Shown here: one piece after another, positions 1-11,600 of the stretch | Position numbering within the stretch: the first letter of the stretch is position 1 | Layout: the number at the start of each line of letters is the position of its first letter | Source: Tubulanus polymorphus | Lineage: Eukaryota; Animalia; Nemertea | Direction of reading: 5' to 3' | Assembly (NCBI RefSeq): GCF_964204645.1 | Contig: NC_134030.1 | Span: 1,533,355-1,597,354, forward strand | DNA: 64,000 nt | Notes under the pieces: model-generated | What the model was told of the DNA's origin: nothing | The model's database searches: none | The model's input: only the letters and a program-made list of their open reading frames with translations | Program-made: the position numbers and the translations under genes

Positions 1-209
1 CTCATTATCTTTCATTGCAGCATTTATATATTCAATTTCAATCATACATGTGAAATATATAATGTATTTTCAGGGAAACGTAAACAAGAAAGGAAGGGAA
101 GAAAGAGAAGGGAAGAAAGAGTTGGATGATTAATGCGCACTTATTCTCCATTCCGAATTCCTGTATTCGACTCTAGGTGATCATCATACGAACGAGATAT
201 AGAAAAAAA

Positions 210-520
210 CATTACTGAAGTCATCTCTATATTTTAGTCTCAATTTGTATTTCTAATTCAATTTACTAAGTGTGTAAGTCATCATTTGGATAAGTCGTCA
301 CATTACTGAAGTCATCTCTATTTTTTAGTCTCAATTTGTATTTCTAATTCAATTTACTAAGTGTGTAAGTCATCATTTGGATAAGTCGTCACATTACTGA
401 AGTCATCTCTATTTTTTAGTCTCAATTTGTATTTCTAATTCAATTCACTAAGTGTGTAAGTCATCATTTGGATAAGTCGTCACATTATTGAAGTCATCTC
501 TATTTTGAAGTCTCAATTAG
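210..520. repeat. 91-bp tandem repeat, about 3.4 units (copy B 34264-34575)
   Basis: CATTACTGAAGTCATCTC at 210, 301, 392 and a variant at 483. Confidence 0.95.
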
Positions 521-1199
521 TATTCAGTTTACTTCAGATAACGTAATTCGGTTTAATCACAAGTCGTCAACATTATAATCAATGTAACTACAGTGACTAC
601 ATTATTGTCCTTTTATTGAGAAATTTATGTTAATTTTTGATTTCTGGGATAAATCAAAATTCAAATGTTATCATTTTTTGTATCAAAAATTGTAAAAAAT
701 TGAATAATTTGTGTGCTATTGAAACATTCAGTTATGGGGAGTTTTAAGCTCAGAAAACTTTGAGCCTGTTTATACAAGTGTTGTAACAAGTGTTGAACAA
801 TTCAAAGATCATGTTTTTTATACTTTGTCATGTTAGAAAAAATGTTTTCTAGTATATTGATGTTTCTAAAAAAACATATGATTCAACTTTAAAAGGCCAA
901 GCCTTCTAATAAAATTAGTTTGTCATATATATATATATATTACTTGGTTATTGTCAAGTTTTTTAAAAAATATTTTGGTTTTCTCAGCTTTCTCTGGTGG
1001 AAATTTCTTCGTGGAATTCCTCTTCTATACAAGTTCCTCCTCAGACTGTTTTTATGCGAGAGTTTATAACAACCGGATCCTCAGAAAATGGTCGGAGTGC
1101 CAAGTCTTCGATTTAAGATCACCAGTCTTATCTGAGACCATAAGTTCACTAGCAAGTTTCACTAGCGATTCCAACAGCTATAGGATGGAACAGTATTAT

Positions 1200-1812
1200 T
1201 ATATAGGTCACCACTGTGCAATTGAGCCCAGATCATCAGAAAAAGATAAAAGTGAAGATATGTGATGGGATTCATTGAAAATTTTGCATATTTAATTAAT
1301 TCATTGAACTACTTGATTTGTATGATTTATTTTTTGGGAATTTTCGAATTTGTCATCAATAACTAGTATATATTTCTTTTCAAGTTGTGAGCGATCTAGT
1401 TCTCTGTCGACCCATTGAAAATGAATCGACTCTGAACTGTAGAACTGGACCCAGGGAGCTGAATCTCGCGTGCCACAGCAAGATACAGAGCTCTTCAATG
1501 TCTTAACCGTCAGGTGCTGCCCCTAAACAAATCAATAGCGGTAAATCTGTGAACTAACTTATAGCTCGCTTGCCAGAGTAGAATGATAGCGAGCTGTCTA
1601 AAATCTTGAACCGTCTAGTGCTGCCCCTTAATCGATATGTATCGGAAAAGTGAATTTATTACTCGCATGCCACAGTAGTTGAGTAGTTGGAACATCATGA
1701 TAGACTCGTTTTTCTGTGCAGCTATAACGGGAACTATTTCAGATCTGATAATGAATATAAACTCAGTCACAGTTCGATAACAAACGCCGCTGGGTGAAAT
1801 TGATGTAAACAA
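1200..1812 (-). pseudogene. Possible decayed Polinton/Maverick-type packaging ATPase fragment (copy B about 35254-35866)
   Basis: Walker-B-like YILVIDD followed in the same frame, through two stops, by KIFNESHH; only a weak Walker-A-like ISPSG upstream in another frame. Confidence 0.3.
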
Positions 1813-2979
1813 ATAATCGTGTTGAAATTGAATTTAGTTTAAGATATATTTTCGTGGTAGTTTTTATTTTCAAGCTGTTTACGTTCACTTCAAATGATGA
1901 AACGATGAAACCATATTAAATACATCCCTGTTTTAGTGGGGATTTTGAGTTTTGGTCCTTTCCGTATCTTCTAGAAACATCAAGTAGAAAGGCATTAACT
2001 GAACCCTATGTCTTTAACTTCAGGAGTCTATATGGAGTTTTCGGATGCCTCTTTTCCTCACTTCTTGCATTCGTCACTATTAGAAATCCGGACAAACTGA
2101 ATTCAGTTCGACGAGGCCGAAGAACAGAAGACCAAAGAGTGATCTGCACTAGCCGCAGGGTTCGTGTTGGCTTGGATCGGTGGGAGGCAATCAAACCCCG
2201 ACACGTGAAGATGTATCCTCAAAAATGGATACCGGAACGCTTCTCTGGTTTACGATGATTAGTCTGCAGGGATAACTCTTTGGCGGGGCGTGATCGCGTG
2301 AATAGCCCAAACTAAACCTTCAGAGTTCACTGTACTACAGCATACAACATCTGATAACTTGCATAATAAAGCGCGGCGTGCATGAAAATAATTGTATAAA
2401 TGCGGGCAAGATTCCGTGCCCTGGCAATCGAACGCCGGAGTGGAGGTATTCCATACACTGGTAGGTGAGTCGGAGTAGACTGGTTGCTTGTCCCATAGAG
2501 ACCGGTAACCAGTCTAGCCACCTCACGATCAGTCTACATTGAAAAACCATTACTGAAATATGGTTGACGGAAATATTCATTTTATATCAGATTCTAAAAT
2601 ATTTTCTCGTATTGAATACAAAATTTTTATTATCTTAATAAGATAAATCTGCCAAAGCTCAACAATTTAAATTAGTGAAAACCGATGTGCGAAGTCGTCA
2701 ATTCAGTAGCCCGATAGAGCCCGGTAACCAGTCTAACTGACAATGTTCATTGCGCGGGAATGAACAGGCAACTAGTCTACGATGAAAAATCATTTCTGAA
2801 AAATTATGAACGGAGATATTCATTTTACTTTGAATTTTGAATTATCTTATAAAACTGACAGCCATATTAACCAAAGTATTAATAGTAAATCTGATAAAAT
2901 CTAATACCGGTTTTAGAATAGGTGAAAACTGATTTATGTGATGCCGTCGGTTCAGAAGACTGATCCGTAGAATCGTTCG

Positions 2980-3149
2980 CCACTTTCTTCCGGTCCACTT
3001 ACTTCCGCGTTTGTGATTTGCATACAAGTAGTTTGAATGTTAAATGTATTAAGCCGCGTGTTGATTGGTTGAGGTCAGTGCGGTTTACTGAACGATGACC
3101 AGCTGTCAGCTGATCGAATCATTCGTTTCACAGACATTACGACGTAAGT
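2980..3149 (+). promoter_or_regulatory. Putative promoter and short non-coding first exon of the micro-exon gene (copy A)
   Basis: CTTCCG ETS-like motifs near 2987-3007, ATTTGCAT 3016-3023, TTTGAA 3032-3037, ATTGG 3064-3068, Inr-like TCATTC 3119-3124, donor GAC|GTAAGT at 3143/3144. The ATG exon has an upstream acceptor, so a 5' exon is required. Confidence 0.5.
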
Positions 3150-3764
3150 ATATTTTACATCTTTGATCAAAAATTGTAGTGTAAAAAAACTCAAAACTAA
3201 GGCCTCTATAAATGATCGATTGACTTTAAATGATTACTTTAGCACAGCTCTTGTAGACAATGATTAGGTGTCATAGTAGTTTAGCTCGAAAGTGCACATA
3301 TAAGGTTAATTTTCATCCCTTATTTAGAGACCGAGGTATTGAGCGTCCATTTCAGCCCTTAAAATATCATCAACCTACCTCAAACCGACTGTTTTTAAAT
3401 CCAGCAATAGTTAACTATTGACTCATCATGGATTCGATTCAAAAACAATTTTAGTGATCATAGTGATTCGAAACGTTTGAATTTTTGAAAAACACGAATG
3501 CTAAACGACGGATCCGGACTTCGATTGCGGCCCAATGGCAGAGTTGATTTTCTTATTTGGAATTTGAAGATATAAATCACTGAAATCAATTGGTTTTCTG
3601 AACCAAAATTAAAATTAAGAAGAATTTAGGATGGAGATGTTTGATTTTCATTTTGTCTAAAATGCCGACTTAAAAATTAATTCAATTGAATCAAATTAAT
3701 GAATTCATCATTTCACGATATTAGGCCTATAGATAATCAAAGTGTGAATATGAAATCACCTTTT

Positions 3765-4855
3765 CAATCGCTGTTTTTGGGTAAGATCGCAGTTTTTAGG
3801 TAAGATCGCAGTTTTTAGGTTAGATCGCTGTTTTGAGGTTAGATCACCGTTTTGTGTTAGATTGCGGTTTTGTGTTAGATCACTTTTTTGTGTTAGATCG
3901 CTGTTTTGTTTTAGATCGCTGTTTTAGGTTAGATCGCAGTTTTTAGGTTACATTGCAGTATTTGGGTTAGACCACAGTTTTTTGTTAGATCGCAGTTTTT
4001 AAGTTAGATCGCTGTTTTGGGTTAGATCACAGTTTTTGTGTTAGATCGCTGTTTTAGGTTAGATCGCAGTTTTTGTGTTGGATTGCATTTTTGTGTTAGA
4101 TCACTGGTTTTTTGTTAGATCGCAGTTTTTAGGTTAGATGGCAGTTTTTAAGTTAGATGGCTGTTTTGTATTAGATCGCTGTTTTTAGGTTAGATTGCTG
4201 TTTTTAGGTTAGATCGCTGTTTTGTGTTAGATCGCTGTTTTTAGGTTAGATCACAGTTTTTGTGTTAGATCACAGCTTTTAGGTTAGATTGCTGTTTTTA
4301 GGTTAGATGGCTGTTTTTAGGTTAGATCCCTTTTTTTCTTAGATCGCAGTATTTAGGTTAGATCGCTTTTTTTGGATTAGATCGCAGTTTTTGGGTTAGA
4401 TCGCAGTTATTGTGTTAGATCGCTGTTTTTGGGTTAGATCGCTGTTTTTGGGTTAGACGGCAGTGTTTAGGTTAGATTGCAGTTTTTAGGTAAGAACAAT
4501 GTTTTTCTGTTAGATCGCAGTTTTTTTGTTAGATCGCAGTTTTTAGGTTAGATCGCAATTTTTTGTGTAAGATAGCAGTTTTTTGTTAGGTCGCTGTTTT
4601 TGGGTTAGAAAGCTGTTTTTGTGTTAGATTGGTGTTTTTAGGTTAGATCGCTATTTTTGTGTTAGATCGCTGTTTTTGGGTTAGATGGCTGTTTTTGGGT
4701 TAGATGGCTGTTTTTGGGTTAGATGGCTGTTTTTGGGTTAGATCGCTGTTTTTGGGTTAGATCGCTGTTTTTAGGTTAGATCGCTGTTTTTGGGTTAGAT
4801 CGCTCTTTTTGGGTTAGATCGCTCTTTTTGGGTTAGATCACTGTTTTTGTGTTTT
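3765..4855. repeat. ~19-20-bp minisatellite GTTAGATCGCTGTTTTTGG (copy B 37821-38950)
   Basis: More than 50 degenerate tandem units. Confidence 0.97.
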
Positions 4856-4903
4856 TGTCAATCATCATATCAAGATTTGCAATCCCAGTTGCCTTCAAGT
4901 TTC

Positions 4904-5624
4904 ATATAGAGAATTAGTGGATGTGGTGTCCCTGGACCCCTACATGCACCATATAGAGAATTAGTGGATGTGGTGTCCCTGGACCCCTACATGCACCATA
5001 TAGAGAATTAGTGGATGTGGTGTCCCTGGACCCCTACATGCACCATATAGAGAATTAGTGGATGTGGTGTCCCTGGACCCCTACATGCACCATATAGAGA
5101 ATTAGTGGATGTGGTGTCCCTGGACCCCTACATGCACCATATAGAGAATTAGTGGATGTGGTGTCCCTGGACCCCTACATGCACCATATAGAGAATTAGT
5201 GGATGTGGTGTCCCTGGACCCCTACATGCACCATATAGAGAATTAGTGGATGTGGTGTCCCTGGACCCCTACATGCACCGTATAGAGAATTAGTGGATGT
5301 GGTGTCCCTGGACCCCTACATGTACCATATAGAGAATTAGTGGATGTGGTGTCCCTGGACCCCTACATGCACCATATAGAGAATTAGTGGATGTGGTGTC
5401 CCTGGACCCCTACATGCACCATATAGAGAATAAGTGGATGTGGTGTCCCTGGACCCCTACATGCACCATATAGAGAATTAGTGGATGTGGTGTCCCTGGA
5501 CCCTTACATGCACCATATAAAGAATTAGTGGATGTGGTGTCCCTGGACCCCTACATGCACCATATAGAGAATTAGTGGATGTGGTGTCCCTGGACCCCTA
5601 CATGCACCATATAAAGAATTAGTT
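4904..5624. repeat. 47-bp minisatellite, 15 full units (copy B 38998-39671, 14 units)
   Basis: ATATAGAGAATTAGTGGATGTGGTGTCCCTGGACCCCTACATGCACC, near-perfect units, no spacers. Confidence 0.98.
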
Positions 5625-5694
5625 CACTGAACCAGAATAAGACTGACTGATATATTTTCAAATGATTTAATATTTTTACTTGTTTTTCTAGAAG

Positions 5695-8600
5695 ATGCCA
5701 AAAGCAACAAAAAAAACACGGGGCGCGGGCCCCTCACATTCAAGCCCGTATAATAAAGTAAGTACAAATTTACTGCTTCCATGCTTATTTATTCATCCCA
5801 TACTTAGTATTTTGTACCCCTGGGTCCAGTTTCACAAAAAGGATTAACGCCTAAATCGATTTAAGATAAACTGAATTAATGAAGAAATTAAATCGATTTA
5901 AGAGTTAAACCTGTTTGTGAAACTAGGCCCTGAATTGCATCTAGAATGAAAAAAAAGAAAAAAAAATATTGAAAATAACGTTGGTGAAATATTTCTGGAT
6001 CTTTCTGGATTTCTGCTCAATGCATCGTTTAGTAAAATATCGATATTCTCTAAAAGTAAAGATATAAGAATAAAAATATTGTATTGAATCGTGATTAGTT
6101 ACTGTATGCGCTGCTAGTTGTTGCCCAACCCATAGCCTCATTTCTCTCCATTCTAAATTTGCATTGTTTAACATTGTCTGGTCGCTATGGAAACTATTTA
6201 TTTAAGTTTCTTTGTGGTATCCATGGCAACAGTAACGTTTAGGTAGTGGCACCAATTATGGGTCCCAACGTTCCCATGGCGATACATGAGAACATTTATC
6301 CTATTTTTGACCTTCATGACGTAAGATGGTAGTGAGTCGATGACGTCATTTTCGTCTCACCACTAATGAAAAAAATGAAATGAAAAAAAAGGAAGAAATG
6401 GTTAGAATTACGTTTATGAAATTTTTCTGGATCGGCTAAATGTATTGTTCCATTAAATATCGACATTCTCTAAAATTATAGGCATCAATATCAAAATGAT
6501 GATACAGCAGACTCCGCTTAACTCTGTTCTATTTGGACCATTAATTAACCGAATACCAACTTTTTAAAATTTTAGGATTTTAACTTTAAGGATCAGAAAA
6601 TGTGTATGCAATTTCAACCGGGTACCGAGTAGGGTGGCCGAGTCTACTGTAGTCTGCTGCCCCCTCGAATCCATTACCTTATTATCTCTCAATTTGCATT
6701 GTTTGACCTCGTCTGGTTGCTATGGAAACTATTTAGTCATATCAGGAACGGTTTTTTTGAAGGTAACCAGTGGCAACAGTTAACAGGCGTGTCCGTCCTA
6801 GAGATAAACTGTCTGATTTCACAGCCACATCCGTCCTAGAGATAAACTGTTAGATAAACTCTGATTTCGCGTCTGTCCTATTTCTTGTCATTGTATGAAT
6901 ATGTTTTCTCTTTTATAGGGTACAGCGCAGCAACAACAACAACAACAACAACAACAGCAACAACAACAACAAAAATTTAATATTTCTATGTCCGGAATAG
7001 ACGTAAGTTATCGTAAACGCCTGTTTGAAGTCATCATTCTTGAGCTTGAAACCGAAATTTATATATATAGAATATTAAACCCTGCTTCTGCTACTGACAG
7101 GTAATGTCCGTCATACATTACTGCATCGTCAAATCTATACCAGGGTGCACCCAGGCAGATCGTTCGCATCATCACATGCAAAGGGCTGATTATTTTGGAA
7201 CCCAGTTTTTATCAGCTGGAACATTCTGCACATTCGACCATATTGATTGATAGCCCGTTATAGACGAGTGGAGAAAAACTGAAAAACCAGTTCGGAAAAA
7301 CTTTGATTGATTTCATTCACATTTACAGAAATTTGGTCCGACCCCAAAACCATTTACTTACACTATACAAATCAGATCAGGTTTTTAACATTGTCTTTGA
7401 TTGTATTTTCAGTTTTTGCCGACAACGCCGCCGAGCGGTACCTCGACACCGGTAAGTGATAACTATTTTCTAATAAATCACGCTTATTTCAATTTGTAAT
7501 TTGAAAATAGAGGGTAGTAGCTGTTTTGCATAAATTATGCTAATTAGGAATAAATTCAAATTCGATTAAGTCTCATCATCGTAGAAGTCATATATTAATG
7601 ATGCTATCTCTAAAGTTGTCATTTAAATTAAGTGTTATATTTACTACTTCATTTGCTTCATGACCCAAAAACCTCTACTATATAACTACTGGTTTTGTTC
7701 TAATCTTGGAGAATTTGCTGCAAAATTTACTTATCATTTGTTAAACAGTTTTTATTGGTTTACCTTTGTCAGCGATATGAAGTTGGCATTGAGCCAATTC
7801 ATGTAAAATCGCGGTACGTTTTTTTATGTGAGCATTTGTTTCATTGGTTCTCGGTTTAAACGACGTATAATCGATGCGATTGAAGACATGGCGAACCTCC
7901 GTCGATGACATGGTCAACTTTGTTAAAATTCTACGAAAAACTGTTTTTGGCGGGAAAATTCTTAGCTCTCGCGTATAAAATTGCAATGACCTCGATTGGG
8001 GGGCGTTGTCTCTACGAGCGAATGTGATTGGCTGTTTTTGGGATATACGGGGATTCCGGCGCTACTAAAATAATTATGGGAAAGCCGGATTGGCGAACGT
8101 TTCATTGGACTAGGTGCCGTATACATGCAAATTTCAAATGCTCATTGCTGATGAGAATGTAATTATTATCCACCATAGGTAATGTTTCATTTTAATACCC
8201 GGAGATTGATTTGATTGACACTGAAGTACAAGCGAACATTCACTTACACAAGGCCTCCACGTGCGCGCGGAGTGCTATAGACTGTTGCATACACAAACAG
8301 ACGCTCGTACAGTATACACTACTATAGTGATACTGTAAACGCTGCTTGCTGGCGCGTCTGACATTTCATCAACAGAAGATGAGCGCTATGTTTTCTGTTT
8401 GATATAATTTATAATAAATTGTAATTTCTTGTGACCTGAAAATATTAAGCAGAAAACTACAAGTATAGGTCGAGGTCTGAATATTGTAGTAGTAAATTCC
8501 AGGATTTAAAACGATCTAATACGCCAATTTCTTACTGCGCCGGTTTAGATTCCGCGGCCATACATTGCAAGAGGTTTCCAAGACTAAATATTCAGCCACC

Positions 8601-11600
8601 CTCTGATATGTGACACCATGTGAATTTTGTTTGAATATTTTTTCATATTTTGAAAAATATTTCTTTGAACATATAAAATAGTTTCCGTGCCGCGCCTACC
8701 TGTACCCTACGAAATGTATCTTTTTGGTCTTATTTGACAACAAAATAATTCTTTGAGAAAGATGAAATACAACATAGAACTTTGAAGTCACGAATTAAAA
8801 AGATTTTTCAAGCAATGCCATTACCCCAAACAACCTCTAGCTTTCAAGGTAAACCACACTTTGCCCATGGGCAATTTATTGAAAACCTGAATCAGTGATA
8901 CATGCATTCATGAATATCCATCTAATATTTTGTTTTATTTTATCTTTACAGGATTTATCACCGATACAGCACGTGGACGTAAGAGATTAAACATTGATCT
9001 TGAATTTTAAGTTCAAACTAATTTATTTTTTATCTCACTCGGGACTATAGTTATTGCGTTCACTTTGCGTCCAGTTGTCTCGGGTAGTTTTTGATTTATC
9101 GTGTTGATAATTGGTTTATATACTCAAACTCAAAATATCGGCGCAATTGGAATTAAGATGGCGCACTTGTATGTCCATTTTTTTCCCCGGCAAAATCAGC
9201 ACTTTAGCAGATTTTAAGGATCAATTCTGTTGTTATATTACATTGAAATCAGAGTTTAATATATATCGGTATAGAGCAGGTTTTTGCTCTAGTTATAAAT
9301 AAAGTTATAAATAATCTCATGACATGTTCTGTATATGTGTAGTGAGTTTCAATGTCTTTGGTTCCTTTTAAACCAGGGGGAGTTAAATTTGAAAATGTCA
9401 GATCGTCGAGCATTTCAGACCACTTCCAAAGTGGGTCCCTGCACCCCTAGTTATACCGTTAATATTTTAATAATACATTAATATTTTTATTTGATAGAAT
9501 ATATTGATATACCATACATTGATATCGGTCTTGTAATTGGATCAACAACCATGAGATCAAAACACAGCAAATATGAACCTGCTGTGAATCAATAGATTTG
9601 TGATAAATGTAATGAAATTGTTATTTTTCATATTGACTTTTTGAGTTAAGGGTCTGTTGTATAAGAGTATTTGGTCTCGCGTGTCAATGTATGATATCAA
9701 TCTGTTGTATTTCCTCGTTCCAATGTTTAAAAGGTGTTCGTCACCTTATATTAATAAACTACTTTAACCGTTATATGGCGCCATAAGTGTGGTATTTGAT
9801 TTATGGGATACCCGCATAACCAGCTATTCCACCAGATGGCGCAACGAGTAGTAGGTCGTTCGTTGTCAAAATTAGTTCATTTTCGATGAACTTTGAACTG
9901 GTTTGAAGAAGAAATACTTTCATTCTTCTACTCTGATATCGGTTTAGTTTTCATTAATAATTGATTCATTTAAGAGAACAATTCATTCAGATTTAATTGA
10001 AATGTACAAGAAAATCGAACGCAGACGACCAACTATTTACTAGCGACACCTGGTGGATCCTCGCCTGCCATAAGTGGAATCCTCGATTGCCACAGTAAGA
10101 CTGCGGGTATCCCATTGTTTGGCGTGTGAAGTAAAGTAAAGTTAGAAAACGGATGTTTAACTTTGTTGTGAAACGAAAGCGTTTTGGAGATTTTTAAACC
10201 AATCAAATCAATATTTTGATATTACGCTTGAAACCCTTCCCACTCATATTCTACGTACTAAGTATATATTCTTGTTTCCGTGGAAATCATGGTGAGTGGC
10301 GCCATCTATACAGTGGAGTTAGCTTTATAAATCGAGCATGCTTCGACAAGTGGCTCCATCTATTCCCTAATACTGAAGCGAGGTAACCAGCAGCGCCCTC
10401 ATATACAGGAAATGAACGCCTATCAAGTTTAACAATGCACGGTGTATTGACCACAGCGACCGGTGATAATTATATCAATGTTGATTAGCTATTGCCATAG
10501 ACAGGTCCGTAGCGTTTGACTGGCCAGAACGGGGCCCCCTAACCAAAACAAATTTTGAAAACGTGCCCAGATAAATTGCCTCTGGGAGATTGATTTAACG
10601 AGGTTTTGATTAAATGAACAAATTTTAATATTTGTAAGTTTAACATTTCTGTTTTTAATTTTTCTTTGCGAGGAACTGAATTTTCGAACCCCCCCGAACC
10701 GCCTCAAGCTACGTTCCTGATATAGTGCTAGCTATACCTGAATACTTTTCTCTTATTGAAATTGTCTAAAAAACCAGCACCTTGAACTAATGAACGTCAT
10801 AATGAAAATGTTTAAAAATTCAACCGTTAATGAATTTGACTAATGTATTTTTTTTATTTTCATTTCTAGCATCAGTTTGCCTCAGAGGCAAGGTCGCCGT
10901 CGCTTAATGTAAGTATCAGTGACGCCCTCAATCTCACATGCCTCACTTCCCTCCTAATGTAACCATTTTTATGAAATTCCTCAAGAAAATATATACTAGT
11001 AATCTTAGAATACACGTTTTTGTACCCAGACCCCTTCATTCTACTGAACTACCGTGTAATAAGTGCCTGTTGTGTTCATTTTCTGTTGCATTGATTTATA
11101 TATTATTTCTATTTACAGTTGTCAAACAACAGCAGCAGCAGCAACAGCAGCAGCAGCGCACCCCTCCCGCCGGAGACGCCTCCCGACTTGCAAGCAAGAA
11201 GTAAGTTCAGTCTTCAAATACAATTTCAACGCATTCAATTTTTTGTATGGCGTTAAAACGGTTAAAGTTGTGACTAGTTTTCATAACTCCGTGACGTCAT
11301 ATTTCCATCGAGTACCGGACCCTTTCCTATGTTTTTTGCCAATTTGGATTGAATGATCGCCAGCGGTTTTTCTATACGACCCGGCTCTGCTGTATTGCAT
11401 TTAGCCATCCTTTTTCTTGGCGTTTTTATAAGAAGGTGTTTGATTTTGTCTCTAAGGGATTTAGGAATTTAAGAGACACTTGTACTTTCTATGCAGTGAG
11501 TTTGTTCTGTTTTTGTTCCCTCGTGAATTTTATTTTTGTTTGAATCAAATCAAATCAGTGCATCTTTCTTGAATTGCGTGTATGTTATAATATTATGTAA

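Noticed and set aside
951-1265. 104 aa plus-strand ORF
   Set aside because: TTG start, no recognisable motifs or splice context; identity between copies is uninformative at this divergence.
3765-4855. Telomere-like GGGTTAG within the 20-bp repeat
   Set aside because: No tandem TTAGGG or TTAGG runs; the motif is only part of a longer unit.
4904-5624. CRISPR-like appearance of the 47-, 46-, 35- and 63-bp arrays
   Set aside because: Units are contiguous with no unique spacers, there are no cas genes, and the context is eukaryotic.
10938-11204. Poly-Q ORF MPHFPP...QQQQRTPPAG
   Set aside because: Wrong frame of a real exon: copy B has a TAG in this frame, while the Ser frame set by the splice phase stays open.
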